Notes under the pieces: model-generated
Told to the model about the DNA's origin: nothing
Database searches by the model: none
The model's input: only the letters and a program-made list of their open reading frames with translations
Source: Marsupella aquatica
Lineage: Eukaryota; Plantae; Marchantiophyta
Assembly: GCA_973895155.1 (NCBI GenBank)
Contig: OZ316898.1
Coordinates: 19,975,292 to 20,039,291, forward strand
DNA length: 64,000 nucleotides
Direction of reading: 5' to 3'
Shown here: piece by piece, positions 36,211-49,504 of the stretch
Numbering within the stretch: the stretch's first letter is position 1
Layout: every line of letters starts with the position of its first letter
Made by a program: the position numbers and the translations under genes

Positions 36211-37380
36211 TCAGGTATACACGGTAGACTCTCGTGTGTTTGAGAGCTCACAAGGTTCTTTCCTCGCAGAGTCGGAGCAGAGTGATGGTCTTCTTCCGTC
36301 AGCAGCACCTCGATACGCAAACTCTATGGTGCTTTTCACGAGACGGTATGAATTTCGGCAACCACCCATCACAGAGAATGCGACCGTGTTGCTCCGTGCA
36401 AGAAGGCGCAACTTGTAAAAGTTGATTAGGAAAGTTTCGAGTAGAGTTGCTATGGAGGCTAGATTGCGACCACAAACAATAATGTAGGATGCCTCTCAGA
36501 CGATTTGACGGAGGTCGATTTTGAATATGACTTGTAAGGGCCAGGAGTGTAGACTTTGTGATGAGCTTTTTACTAGAGGAATTGGTTGTAGATCTTGCGT
36601 AGAGCCGCTATTTTGGTTTTCATTTTCGGTTTCGTGCCTCTGAAACTTTCTCACCTGTTTGACTCAATTTCATTTAGTTTTTGCGTTTGATTTAGTTTTT
36701 GCGTTTGATGAAAGGGCCGCCAGAGTAAGCTGTTTCTCGAAACTGATCTCCGGCTTTGATTGACATTGGTGCCTGTTTTAAAAAAAAAATTCTTTTCCCC
36801 ATTGGTTCTATCTACTATTCAAGCACACGGGTATAGTTTTGTGTTTCAAAGGCGTCCGGATCTGGCGGGTGTGTCATCTGCCTGACCATCTGTATTTTAG
36901 GAGGGCAGGACTGAGGAATTGACATCGTTGTTTGATGATGAAATTCAGGTACAGCCGAAATCTAGATCCAAACGAAGTCTTCGCCAAACAATTTAGCATC
37001 ACGGATTGCCCTTGACGGTCTTTCATGTAATTAACTCCTCTTTCCAGCAGCTGGTATTGAGGCAGGCTTCAGCACGCCAATTTCCAAGCAGATAGCCCGA
37101 GGTAGCGAAGGCGAAACCGAATAAGAGGGAAGGACACAACTCGTTGGCCCACGGGTACCGCTTCTAGCTCTGAAATTCCCCCAGATTAGTATTCATCCGA
37201 AAGTGAAGGATAGTATTTGGGCCTCAATGCAAGGAACTTCATTGGCTGGAAGAGATGAGAGAGAGAATGAATGAGTGAGCGCGGTTTCACATCAACGGCG
37301 AGAAATAGGTTGACTGTATTTTATAGAAAGAATTGACGATTGTTCGTCGATCTCGTGTAAGCAGAATTCTCATCGTCAGA

Positions 37381-40300
37381 ATGGAGACTGGGAGGACTAT
37401 GCAGCGAATTGCTCAAATTTGTCATCAAGTAATGCCTCGCCAGCCTCGATTACCAGGAGGGGATGGTAAGTTCTTTCAACTCCTCTGACGGTTGTACTTA
37501 TCTTTGCCTGTCGAGGTAAACAAAAACTGGAAAGATTGGAGGGAATGAAATTTTGCCTTCTGTAGACAAATGCCACTCAGTTTCACTGTGGCTCCAAGTC
37601 CGCCATCTTACATTTCTTGTTGTTCATTTTCACACCAGATTAGTCAGGATCTGTAGTTTAGTTGACGCATTTGAAGTCGAAATTATCTGCGATCAATTAC
37701 TTGCATTTGAATCTCCTGTGATGTTTACCGGGGACGTTTCATATGCTTCGTCGAGAACGTGCAAATGAAACGGAAACTGAAGCTAATGGGTTGCTGTGTT
37801 TTTACGGGCAGGGGTAGATCTAAGAATGGGAATCGAAGGAGTTCCTACCTTTGGTGTGGGCCTGCCTGCGCTAGACATTGAGCTGGCGTTTCCGCAGGCC
37901 ACTCCAGCTTCAAAATTTCCTCCTTCCGGTAGGCACTCTCCGTAATGCTTTACGTTTCACGTTTGGAATGGGCAAATTGACACCGGCTTATTTCAATGGA
38001 CAGTATAGCGGGTCGTATGAAGTCTATGGGAGGTCTAGGGATGCTTTGCAACGTGTGCGTGAGTGGTAGTGTTTAGGGCAAGAAGGTTGTCACAGTTGGT
38101 TTTCTTGTTCTATCGAATCTAGTCAGGTGAAGTTAAGAATAGGATCAGAACTTAGGTGGTATTCGCAGGTTTTGGAGGCAAACGATGTCAGGTTGTAGTT
38201 GTCATCTCATAGGTTAATACCTCATTTTGGCATATCGAGGGTTTGAAAGGTTGATTGGCAAATGGTTGTCACAAGGGCGTGCATGAATGGCATCATCGTC
38301 AGAACTTCCACTGCACCGTTGAATGGAAGCCTTGCATGAGACGATTTCATTATTTTGTGCGGTTGAACACTCTTCTGAACCTTTTGACTTGGTAAATTGC
38401 AGCGTCGGACTACTATCAACTCAATGACCTATTGTCTGAAGAAGAACGAGCTATCAGGGACCGAGTACGAAGCGTCATGGAGAAAGAGGTTGCACCAGTC
38501 ATAGCAAAGGTCAGACGTATATCAATTTGACGTCTGCTGTATTTAATCGATTCTTGGTTTCACGCTATTGCCTCTATTGTGGTCGCATTTTGTTTGAATG
38601 CACTAACTTGTTTCCCTCCGTCTTTGGGCCTCTCATCGATTCAGTATTGGGAAAGGGCCGAGTTTCCTTTCGAGCTCCTTCCTGCTTTTGCTAAACTGAA
38701 TGTTTCAGGAGGTACAATCAAGGTACGTTTTGCCATGTGCTATTGTATAAACAGAATATCGAGGAATATGCTGAGCATAGACGGCCAGAATGGCAGTGTT
38801 GTGCTGATTCATTATTTGGGTTAGGATCTGGAAGATTGATGTATTTTGATCTTGTACAGTTTCCGTGATCTATGGAACTTAGTCTGAGAATGTTTCATTG
38901 TCAAGGGTTAATAAGGCGGTACTGAGGCTGATACGTGCATTATCTTGAGCTGCTTTCAGGGATATGGATGTCCAGGAATGTCTATTTTGAGCAGTGCTTT
39001 AGTGAATGCTGAAATTGCACGGGTTGATGCTAGCTGCTCAACATTCATGATGGTGCACACTTGCCTAGGAATGTTGACTCTTGGTAAGAAGGCTTTCTTT
39101 ATTATTGAAATTTGGCTACTGTTTCTGCCGGAACGAGTGAAGGGTTAAAGAAACTACTTCGATGAGTCATTCATTAGTACCCCCGTTTGGGCTCTCTTTT
39201 TCTATTGATAGAGGCAAGCATTATATTATTCTTCAACTTGCAGTTGTCTTCAGTTTCATCATTGGGTACTTGTCATAACAGTGAAGGTTAAAGAGTTGCA
39301 TGAATGGACTTTGCAGGTATGTTGGCCAGTGAAGAACAAAAGCAAAGGTGGCTTCCCCCACTCGCTCGTCTTGAACACGTATCTTGCTGGGTATGCTTTG
39401 CCCTCTACTTGTGGACATCAGAGCTTTCGATCTTCTAGAGTTTTGCGGAGTATTTCGTTCGTCTATTCTGCGACTATTGAGTCTTGAAAGTCGTCGAGAG
39501 GTATTAGCTGTCACCCGATTGGGCTCAGGATTATTTGAATACATTCATCCTGGCCCTACCAGATGCTGTAAATCAGTTGTACATGTTTACGAATAGAAAG
39601 GCTCCAGAAAAACGTTTTACATTGCTTTCTGGCTTCTTTGATTCTGTCTCATAGTAGCATCAAGTCGGCACCTACTTGAACCCAGGAGAGTGTCAATTAT
39701 CTCGTGAACATCTCAGTGAATCTAGTGGGTAAAATGTGATTTGTAGGGTTTAACTGAACCTGCTTATGGAAGTGATGCCAGTTCACTCAACACTACAGCA
39801 AGGAAGGTAGAGTTTGCTGGTTGATGGCCTTGTGCATGGGCGGTTTTTTTTCACAAGCATTTTGTTACAAGCAATATATTATCTTTGGAGGATTTGAGAA
39901 CCCGGACTGCGAATGACTGTAATCCGCTCTACTGGTCCCTAACATGGCATCCCTAGTATGACGCCAGGTAGATGGCGGCTGGCAGCTAAATGGCCAAAAA
40001 AGGTGGATTGGGAATGCTACTTTTGCGGACATACTTGTAATCTTTGCACGAAATACTCAAACGAATCAGATCAATGGGTAATGATCTGGCCATCTATGCT
40101 CATCAATATTCATTGTTTGTAATGCATCCATCTAGGTCCCACCTGAATACAAATATATATTATAAAAATGCATTTTCTACGACAAGTACTAAGCACCTTG
40201 TCGTCTACTGGGTGATTCCAAGTCTAAATGACAACTCTACGTTGCTTCGTTTTGCAATGTGCAGTTTTGTAGTCAAGAAAGGGACAAAAGGTTTATCGGC

Positions 40301-41652
40301 CACCAAAATTGAGAACAAGATAGGGTTGAGGATTGTACAGAATGGTGACATCATCTTGACAGACGTATTTGTGCCAGACGAAGACCGTATAGCTAACCTG
40401 AACTCCTTTCAAGAAACTAGCAAGGTAAGTTAACTAGATATGCATTTTGAAATACGATCGCATTCTGTACCTACCAGCTAAAACCCAAGGAGTGCCTAGT
40501 ATGAGATCTAGAATTCTAGTATGAGATCTAGAATTCATTGTTCATCAACTAAGGGTGTACCAGAGATATTTGGCACAATACTTTCTTCTCCTGTTTCTAT
40601 GCAGAGAAAGTTCTTTCAATGGTTCACTTGTCTATTCTTCATTTGTCGCCACTTTTAGGTTATGAGACATCTGGAGCTCTATCTCGGAGATGTGTACATT
40701 TATCTTGAGATCAGTGTGTAAGGTTCTGAATGTTGGCGTGAACTCTTGCAGGTATTGGCAGTTTCCCGGGTCATGGTTGCCTGGCAGCCAATTGGAATTT
40801 CCATGGGTGTTTACGATGTTTGCCATAGGTGCAGTTGCCTTTGACCAAGTCGTATTTGTACCGATCATCTTTACAAAGAAATATCAATATAGATTGGAAA
40901 GCTGTTCTGCATGATGGACTTGGGCATTAGAACAGGCTGTAGCTATCTTGTTTGGGTAACCACTTCGTGAGTGGCACTTATCTCACTAGTGCTCTTCTTG
41001 GCTTGAGTTTAGGTATTTACTGGAGAGAAAGCAATTTGGACAACCACTTGCTGCTCTTCAAATAAATCAAGAGAAACTTGTGCGAATGTTGGGCCACGTC
41101 CAAGCTATGTTCTTGATGGGCTGGCGCCTTTGCAAGCTTTACGATGCTGGTAAAATGACTCCTGGACATGCGAGTCTTGCGAAGGTACGATGTTGCAAAA
41201 TCTGTGTAGTTGAGGAACTTATGCACTTTTGCTTCCGTCCAATGAAATTTTCGCTTATTTCCAAATTCACCTTGCCTTAATTTGTCGTTTTGACTCATTT
41301 CCTCGTTGGTTGCAGAGCTGGAATACAAAAGTTGCAAGAGAGGTTGTTGCCTTGGGCCGCGAGCTTCTTGGTGGAAATGGAATTTTAGCAGACTTTCATG
41401 TCGCCAAGGTTAGTTGAAGTTGATTTTGGTTGTTCGGTACCATTCTAGCTCTGAGATGCTACTTATTTCTTTATTTCTTGACAATTAGGATAACACACAG
41501 CTAATTCAATGCAGGCTTTTTGTGACTTGGAGCCAATCTACACCTATGAGGGGACATATGAAGTAAACTCGTTGGTCACTGGAAGAGAAATTACAGGCAT
41601 TGCAAGTATCAAACCTCCAGTCAGCAGCGGGAACAAGAGGAAACCCTCATAA
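37381..41652 (+). CDS. ACX4: Short-chain acyl-CoA oxidase 4 (acyl-CoA dehydrogenase fold), 464 aa, 13 exons
   Basis: Exons 37381-37465, 37812-37928, 38403-38509, 38645-38722, 38960-39083, 39317-39390, 39747-39806, 39968-40077, 40265-40424, 40752-40828, 41013-41184, 41316-41408 and 41515-41652 (1395 nt). Motifs [63 protein letters not shown] and YTYEGTY. Confidence 0.95.
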
Positions 41653-42669
41653 AAGCCGGAGTGGAACCTCTTTTGCTTTTGTATGTGGACAGTGTATATG
41701 GCCACTTGCGTACATCTTCTTAGTCTTGCTTATCAGTGAAGATTGTTAGTGGCCCGACTTGGTCAAAATTATCTCATCCAGCGTAGCACAAGTAGTGTAG
41801 TTCAAAGCCTCAAAGGCTCTTTTATAATAGCATTAACCGGACTGGGTTGCAGAGAGCATCCAAGTGGATACAAAGTAGGGCCGAAGATAAGGAGGCTCAA
41901 AGCTGACACTTGTTGTGAAGCATAGCAGATGTTAGGTGTAAATATACTGGCCTTGTGAATGAAATCTGATAAAGAAGCTTGGTCTTTGTTACTTAAAACA
42001 AAATTCTGGCCTCTGGGCAGGCTGCGATGGAAGTCTGATCGGGACTCGAAGACCCGTCTCTGGAACTCTGTTCCAATAATATTCTGCTCGTTCCTCAGGC
42101 TGATCATCATCCACGTCCTGTGTCGAATGAAGCAGAGAATTAGGTTTATACATGCGGGTGATTGAACTAAAAATTATTTAGGCATTTGTATATATCTAAG
42201 ATGCACAGTATGAAAAGAATGAGATGTTTAGTTTGAATTTATTGTTTTTGGAGAAGAGAAATGGGAACTGTGTATGGCCAGGTGAGTTTGTTTCCAGTTA
42301 CGAGTACTCTCTAGCTGATCAGAGTATTTTCTAGAATGGTCACATCTTACTACTTTGCCTGGCCTGCTATCATGACTTTTGCATTACATTTTTTTCCCAA
42401 ATTACTTAGGATAAACTGCACCGGTCTCACTGGCCATCTATGTAGGATTTCAGCATAAGGGTTGTTGCAAGCTCAGAAAGATACTTTTCGCAGGATTTTG
42501 TTTCGTTTCAACGAATGTGGGCTTTGCACTGTTGTGGCCACGTGCTTACTTTGGTTAAGTTATTTTTTCAATTCGTGTTGTAACCTTTAAAGAAAATGCA
42601 TTCTATTTCACGCCAAAGAGTTCCCTGCTCATGGTGTCGGGTGCTAATTGCTTCACATACAAGGGCCGG

Positions 42670-43143
42670 AAGCGCCAGGACGGATTCGGGAGTGCTTAGC
42701 TCGAAGTGGTCTCTCAGTTGAACTACTCAGGCTCCGAATAGGGCTGCCAGAAGGGATTCAGGCAGTGCTTAGCTCCAAGTCACTAGCAGTTGCGCTCAAG
42801 GAATGAGACATTTTGAGCTCACAAAGCACTGCCCTGACAGAAGGGATTCAGGATGTGCTTAGCTCAGTTACAGGCAGTCCCGCTCCAGGAATGAGAAGTT
42901 GATCTCACACAGCACTGCCCTGCCGCCTCCACCGGAGTTTTATGAGTCAATCTGTTGGTGCGAGAACTTATGGTTACTCGTTTTCGAGAATTTGTGATTA
43001 CTCCCTTTTCGGGCTTAGTCACTGGTAGTTCCCCTCCAGGAGACAAGTTCGGGTTCACAGCCCTGCCCCGCGACCTCAACTAGAGTTTCACGAGTCAATC
43101 TGTGTGGGTGCGAGAATTTAAGGTTACTCAATTTTCGGGCTTA
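42670..43143. repeat. Degenerate local repeats
   Basis: GGATTC(A/G)GG..GTGCTTAGCTC occurs three times (~42681, ~42754, ~42845). GAGTTT.A.GAGTCAATCTGT..GGTGCGAGAA occurs twice (~42935, ~43083). Confidence 0.7.
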
Positions 43144-45974
43144 GGAGCAATGATCCGTTTATAACTCTGTAGGAAAGAATTAAGTTTGAACCGAGTTTGG
43201 TCACTACTTCAAGAGGGTTTTGTGCGCTTTGCTGAAAGTCTCTAATGCGTGTTATGTTCATCAGTGAATGGCTTTTTCATTGCCAACATGGAATATACTA
43301 TCTATTGTTTGAGAGGTGTGTAATAAGTTTAGGGTAGGCATCTGCAATTGGCTTCACTCACACTGAAAACCAAGAGCAACTGGACGTCCAACAGAGCATT
43401 TGCAGCTCTGGGACAAGAGCAGGTGGTCAAGGACTCGGCGGATCCGATCAATCGAGAATCTGAAAGATACAGACACCACTGTACAAGCTTTTCTGAAATG
43501 ACTTCGAAACTATCCCAGCAGACAGGGCAACGACGGGTCAGTGAAGGGACCAGCATTGGTTTAAAACTGGCTGCTCGTGCGACTCTCCTCTGTGCTTCTG
43601 CCGATACCCATCTTGCTAGAGGGGGCTAGATGGTAACGCCTCTTGGCAGAAGCAGTCGAACAAAATCACCAAAAGGTAGGGAGTTTACACAGATGACCTC
43701 GAGATCAAACATGGAATAGAAAGTGAATGTTTATCGGAGACTACGGTCATAAATGTCCCAGTAGACAGGTTGGTTTTAAACTGGTCACTCTTAGGACGCC
43801 CTTTCTTTATGCTTCTACCGAAGCCCATCCTGCTAGAGTGGGCAACATAGTAACGCCAATGGCAAAAGAGCAAATCAAGATGTGACAGTTCTATAAAGCA
43901 CCCAGTAAGGAACGCTTCAGCAAGAAGGTAGTTATAGATCGCAACTTAGACATGTGTTTCTCCAACAGTCAAAGCAAATAAGTGCATTGAAGGCACAACT
44001 CAGTGCCATGAAGAATTCTGTCCATTTCGCACAAGCGTGTAAGCACACTACATTACGTGTGCAGTAAGGCGCCTTCTAAAGGATGCGAGACAAAGCAAGA
44101 GTGATGAAATTCACACAGATCCAAAATGGAACAAGAGGCCACAAACTAAGCGCGAACTACTAGCATACACAGGTAAGAACCCTACTGTCATGAAGAGCTT
44201 GGATTTGTTCGACGATATCCCGAAGGCGCGAGAGACGTCAACCATGCAAATAGACGCAATGCTGAAACTGTGGGACTGATCAGTAGTTGCCACCATCCTC
44301 GCTGACATTTTTAAACCCTTTGCTTCCGCATTGCTGAAACCCCGAGTAAATTTCGAAAACAAATGACAAAAGCAGAGGCGGCCGAGGGATGTCTGTTGGG
44401 AGAAACTATGCCAACAGGATACAGGTTCGGGGACATGCGAGCCAACAATGCCATGGAGCAAACGGCAGCAACAGCAGTCTCACAAGACTCGACCACAATA
44501 GCAGTCATAAATTAGAGGAGGTCCTGCACGCGGTTTGAGAGAACGTTTTATCCCATCAACCTACGTGAAATCATTCTACTAGGAACAAGGGACAAATTCA
44601 TTGACTCAAAAGGTGTAAATAGCAACGAACGCAGAGCAATGCAGCGCACCACTCTCACAGGAGAACGCAGTGCGGTGAAGGAGGGGACTCACATTACAGC
44701 CAGTAGGACACTCAAATTTCATACACCTGGGCAACAGCTGCACCACCAACCGTGATAGTCAAAGGAGACGCTGGATTGTCCGTACAAATTGAGGGAGGAG
44801 AGATTGAAAGGATCATAGGACTGTGCACAGACAAAGTAGGCAGACACACCAGAGTGGACGGAGAGAGCAGACTACGGAAGAGAGAGAGAGAGAGAGAGAG
44901 CTTGGCCTCATGTACTCTACACGCAATGCGCGATTCAATTTGCCTTGATGACTTGCGTGGCTGTTCACTGTTGCTCTGCCCTTTCTTGCTTCGGATGGAT
45001 GGATCTGCTGCAGCTGCGAAAGGTATTGTACCATGCGAAGTTGCTGGGTAGGCCAGGCACGGTAGTTCGGTTTGGCCTAAAAAGCCGTATTGTGGTGATC
45101 GCTGCTGACTCTCGTTCGTTTTACACGGCACCAGACGAGCACGACAATCTCAATACCCACAGTCGTTATAATCGTGATTACCGGGAATGCTTTTGAAAGT
45201 ACTAAACTGTAACTTGATTCATGGACTTGTGTGTTAGGAAAGAATGCCACAAGAAAAACAGTATTTGTCTATACAGGAATACAGTATATTACGCAAAGGA
45301 ACAATCCACCGATTGGATGCTTCCTTGAAAAGTGAGTACCGAGATGGGCAGAAGTTTTGTAAAGAGACCGTGATGTAAAGGACAACTAAAACCCAAGTAC
45401 AGTAATTACACCCATCATTGATTCAGTCTACCATTGCAATGTTGGTAGGAAGAGTAGCTAAGATAACAACGCACCCCCCACCCCCGACCCTCTTCCATAT
45501 TGTTCGTCATGTTTCAGTGGGTCAAATCTGATTAGTCATAACCTTATGACCTCCATGAATTTCTCTGCGGAATCTTTTCAATCGTTGGCCAGTTGCTTCA
45601 AGGAGCATGCAATATTGTGTGTTGATGTATTGGTGCTCACCCCACGCTCAGGGCTGAGCAGACAAATCTAATCTATCGACTGAGTATTGGTATCTTGAGT
45701 CCTTTTGCCCTCTCTGCAAGCGAATCCACATCTTCCAGGAATTTGTTTTACTGTTGTACTGCTAGAGAAAGAGAGCGAGAGAGGGAGAGAGGACATGTCA
45801 CCGTGGAGGACCGCCTCAAATTGGATTATTTCTGCTGCTTTCCCCTCAGCCCTTAAATTACTCTAGCCCTCACAATGACTACCCTCATCAAGAACTTTCC
45901 ATCATTTAAGGGATAGTCCTTCCCATTCGTCGCTGCCCAGATATTGCTCCAACCATCTTGGATGATTGTCTTAG

Positions 45975-47165
45975 TTAAGGACTCCCCCTCATTTCAGCGG
46001 CAGACTTAACTCTGCTGCCTAGTCCATAAACTCCTGGTTTTTGCCTTTGCAATGGATTGATCCAACCTCCTTCTCGATACCGATCAGAGCTCTCTTTGAG
46101 CATTTCACTAGCGGTCATATCTCTTTGCTTCGCTAGTCTGCACATCTCAATCTTCTGCTTTCGCCTGTAGGAGCTCATCCACCCCTCTTCTTCCTCTTTC
46201 TTGATCCCCTCTTTCAAGATATCTGCATCACTTCTCGCTTTACCAGACTCACATGAATGCACTAATTGCCGCTCGGATTCTATTGTATCGTATCGATTCA
46301 CCCACCCGGTCTCGACCAGTTGGTTGTAGGTATCTCGTTGACCCTCTGGGGTTATGCTTGCTCTGTAACTAGCAGTGCCAAACCCAGATCTTTCCAATGT
46401 ACCAATAGGGACCAAGAGACGACTGTGATACTTCCGTGGCTGACTCTTCTGTTCAGGGGGTACAGCGGATCTCTCAGCGGCAGCTTCTGTGCTGCTCGGA
46501 TCTCTCGGATCTCTCCCCTGTTTCTCCGTCCTGCTGCCTTTCTGGAGTGCCTGCAGCTCAGATGTTGTGAGGCCTCTCGGTCGGCCCAACGTTCCCCCTG
46601 ATCCCGTCCGGCCTTTGCCTTCTTTACCGAAAGACACCCACCCAGTCTCCAGCTTTCTCGCGTTCTCCAGCTTTCTCGCGTTCTCCAGCTTGTTGTTCTG
46701 TGGGACTTTGAATTCTGCATTGTTTTGAGGCTGGCTGTGTTGGCCACGGACAATGGGTGGTTTACTCATCCCAAACAGGGTTTCGTTCACAATGGGCTCT
46801 TTGTAATTGCTGCTGGTCCATCCTCGCTCTCGTCCCTGCATTTTGACATCCATTTTCCCCTTGTGATTGTTCAAGGATGCGATGAATTGTTGTGGGTTGT
46901 CGGGTTCCCGGCCTAGAATCTTCCTGCTCAGGACGAGCTGCTCATCAATATATCCGAAGGATTTTTTTGGTTCGGTTCCTCCTTTGTAGTCATTGATCCA
47001 TCCTCGTTCTCGCTCTTTAGGGCTTCTCTTTCGCTCTATCTCCTCCTTCAAGAGCCTCATGGGATACAATCCCATTCCGTCCCTAGCGTGCTCTTTTCTG
47101 AGCATCAAGTTCTGTAATTCTACCATCGTTTTCATTCTGGCTATGGCGTTCGGGTCGGTCCCCAT
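45975..47165 (-). CDS. Unrecognised hydrophilic 396-aa protein with six E-x-G-W motifs, intronless
   Basis: 1191-nt ORF with an ATG and an in-frame stop just upstream. The motif recurs at the amino-acid level with differing codons, which argues for coding status. Contains an 18-bp KLENAR repeat. Confidence 0.75.
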   Translation of the reverse strand: MGTDPNAIARMKTMVELQNLMLRKEHARDGMGLYPMRLLKEEIERKRSPKERERGWINDYKGGTEPKKSFGYIDEQLVLSRKILGREPDNPQQFIASLNNHKGKMDVKMQGRERGWTSSNYKEPIVNETLFGMSKPPIVRGQHSQPQNNAEFKVPQNNKLENARKLENARKLETGWVSFGKEGKGRTGSGGTLGRPRGLTTSELQALQKGSRTEKQGRDPRDPSSTEAAAERSAVPPEQKSQPRKYHSRLLVPIGTLERSGFGTASYRASITPEGQRDTYNQLVETGWVNRYDTIESERQLVHSCESGKARSDADILKEGIKKEEEEGWMSSYRRKQKIEMCRLAKQRDMTASEMLKESSDRYREGGWINPLQRQKPGVYGLGSRVKSAAEMRGSP

Positions 47166-49504
47166 CCAAAAGCTCTTTAGGCCTCACGTTGGGATCCCCG
47201 CAATCCTCCTACATGTCTTGCTTGGTACCTCAAAATCTACTTTCTCGCTTGAATCGAACGTTTTTACAAAGACAGTGACTTATCAGTCGATCCTTGTAAC
47301 CATTGAGATTTTGCTACGCGTGTGGTATCCTAGACAGTAGACTCTTAAGCCGGCTGAGGGGCTAGTTCAATTTTTCATTGCTGGTAGACTTTCTAAATTT
47401 TGGATTTCCCTTACATCTCTTTGGGTTTGGCGTTACATTGATCTAACTTTCCTGTCACCAGTAGAAGTTAGTCCTAATGTCCTGTAGGAACATTCAATGA
47501 AGGGAGTTTTGGTTTAAAATGTTCGGATTCTTGGTTCTTCTACGTCCTTAGCCGAAATCCCTGTACTTATGCAAAGATTTGACGGAAATCATTCTGCTTG
47601 TGCAATGTCTCGATGTTCAATTCTGTCCTGGTTGCCCCCTTTGAAACCTGGTTTCCCCTTCAACAATGCCCAATTTTCATCTTTTGCAGAATATCATGTC
47701 TAGGGCTGACAGCTACGACTTCATGACTATTATTACCATGATAAGAAACCATTAATCCCCTCTAAAGAGAACTCCACTGATCGTCAATTAGCAGCTGCAA
47801 TGGTCTCTCAGAGGCATTGAGTGTTATAGCTAATTTCATGTGGCCTTTATGGTTTGCCAGTAGAAGAAGAAAATATATCTGCTTGATTGGGACTGCAGCT
47901 GTGAATAATGCTCTCTCGATGAATCTCAAGAAACTGCAACACCTGCATTGGCTGCTTCTCGGTTGTATGAGGCCAAAAAATGTTCAGACCGTTCGCAGAC
48001 AGCCATTCTCCCGATCGTTAGGGAAGACCTTTGTACATAACAATTGCAGGGGGCAGTTCCTTCCTAGTTTCTTTCGTTTGGTCTACAACGTAGTTGGCTG
48101 ACCCAGGGAGATACTAAACGCTGCCTCTTTTCGCCTTTCATCTTTTGTCGAAACAACATGTGCATATTATTGTGTAATATAACATTATCATATCATATCG
48201 TCGACTGGCCACGTAGCATGCCGTTTGGACCCACGTACGCTTTTTAGTGCATATTTGAGAATGTGAAGAGTCACCGATAAACTCCCCCTTCGTTTGTTCC
48301 GGTCCTCGATAATCTCTTTCAGCCTTGAACGTAGCCAAACCGTCATGCATGTCTCAAATAGCAATGCAAAAACACTCCAACCTCATCTTTTGATATCCTT
48401 CCTCCCTTCCCCGAAACGTTTAAGATTCTCTTCCTCAGCCCACTATATCGCGCCGGCTAGGCACTCCAATGTGCAGGATCTTGACCGCCTCCCTCTTCAA
48501 ATTAGAAACTTCGGTAAGTCCTCAGGATAATTTATCACCAGCCCATTAATTATCTGCAATATGTCCTCTTCGACGATGTCTTCAATGACCTGATTGAAAA
48601 CAGTCACGATTCGAAAATAATTTGGAGCTAATATGCTCGGCAGACTTCGAATAACCGAGCATCATGCAACCCTCCCCGGTAGCAGCCTGATTAGTACGAA
48701 GAACAGGAAATCTCTCCATCAACAACATGCCAATGTTTGCATTCACCAAAAGGGAAGCGTCATAACTCCATATCATGTCTTAGCAAAGTCTTATCAATGG
48801 TAGACATCAGGACAGGTTACCAAGCTCATGCTTCCTTACAATTAGAAAAGTGGACAGGTGCTAGAGTATCCACTGTATCGTTTTCGATGTCCTGGAAGTC
48901 GATGCCTGCAACTTCAATATGACAGATTCTAAAAGGGTTCTAATTAAAAATTCAAAACGGGAATTTAGTCCATGAACTTTGGAAGGGATATCCGACGGGA
49001 TATCTCGTTGGGCATACCTGGAGACGAGTAATCACGGCAAGACTGGTCCATTGACACTCATTGAGTTTTCTCTACATGTTTCGTTCGTGGATGGGAGAGA
49101 CTAGAGTTTAGGGTCCATTACACCTGTTGACCCGTGCAGTCCCCTATGTCGATAGAAGTTTCACCACTGACATTGCTTGAAGTCCTTTCATTGCAGGTGT
49201 AGGATGAGATTGAACTTGCTATTGGGTTAGCCTGGAATCACCGTTCAAACTTGTTGAGAGAAATAATTCTCGAGCCGTTGAGGAAGCATCAAACTTTGGG
49301 CTGTTGGGGTGAAATCTATCGTCGACCTATTGCGCAGAGGGCATATTAAACTCAATGTTGAGGTCGTTTAGAGGAGCTCGCAAACTTGACTGTAATTCTA
49401 TGGAAGTGTCTGATTCATGGTGGTGATTCTTTTGTTATGAATCAACCTTCAACCAGTTGGAGCATATTTTAACATTGGACGTCTTAAAGCAATTCAAACT
49501 TCAA

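Noticed and set aside
43300-45200. Possible minus-strand spliced gene
   Set aside because: Some splice-like sites exist, but no consistent reading frame or motif could be assembled.
48430-48920. Protein-like minus-strand fragment (VIEDIVEEDILQIINGLVINYPEDLPKFL) in the divergent spacer
   Set aside because: Bounded by stops with no recognisable family; a pseudogene cannot be supported without a tBLASTx search.
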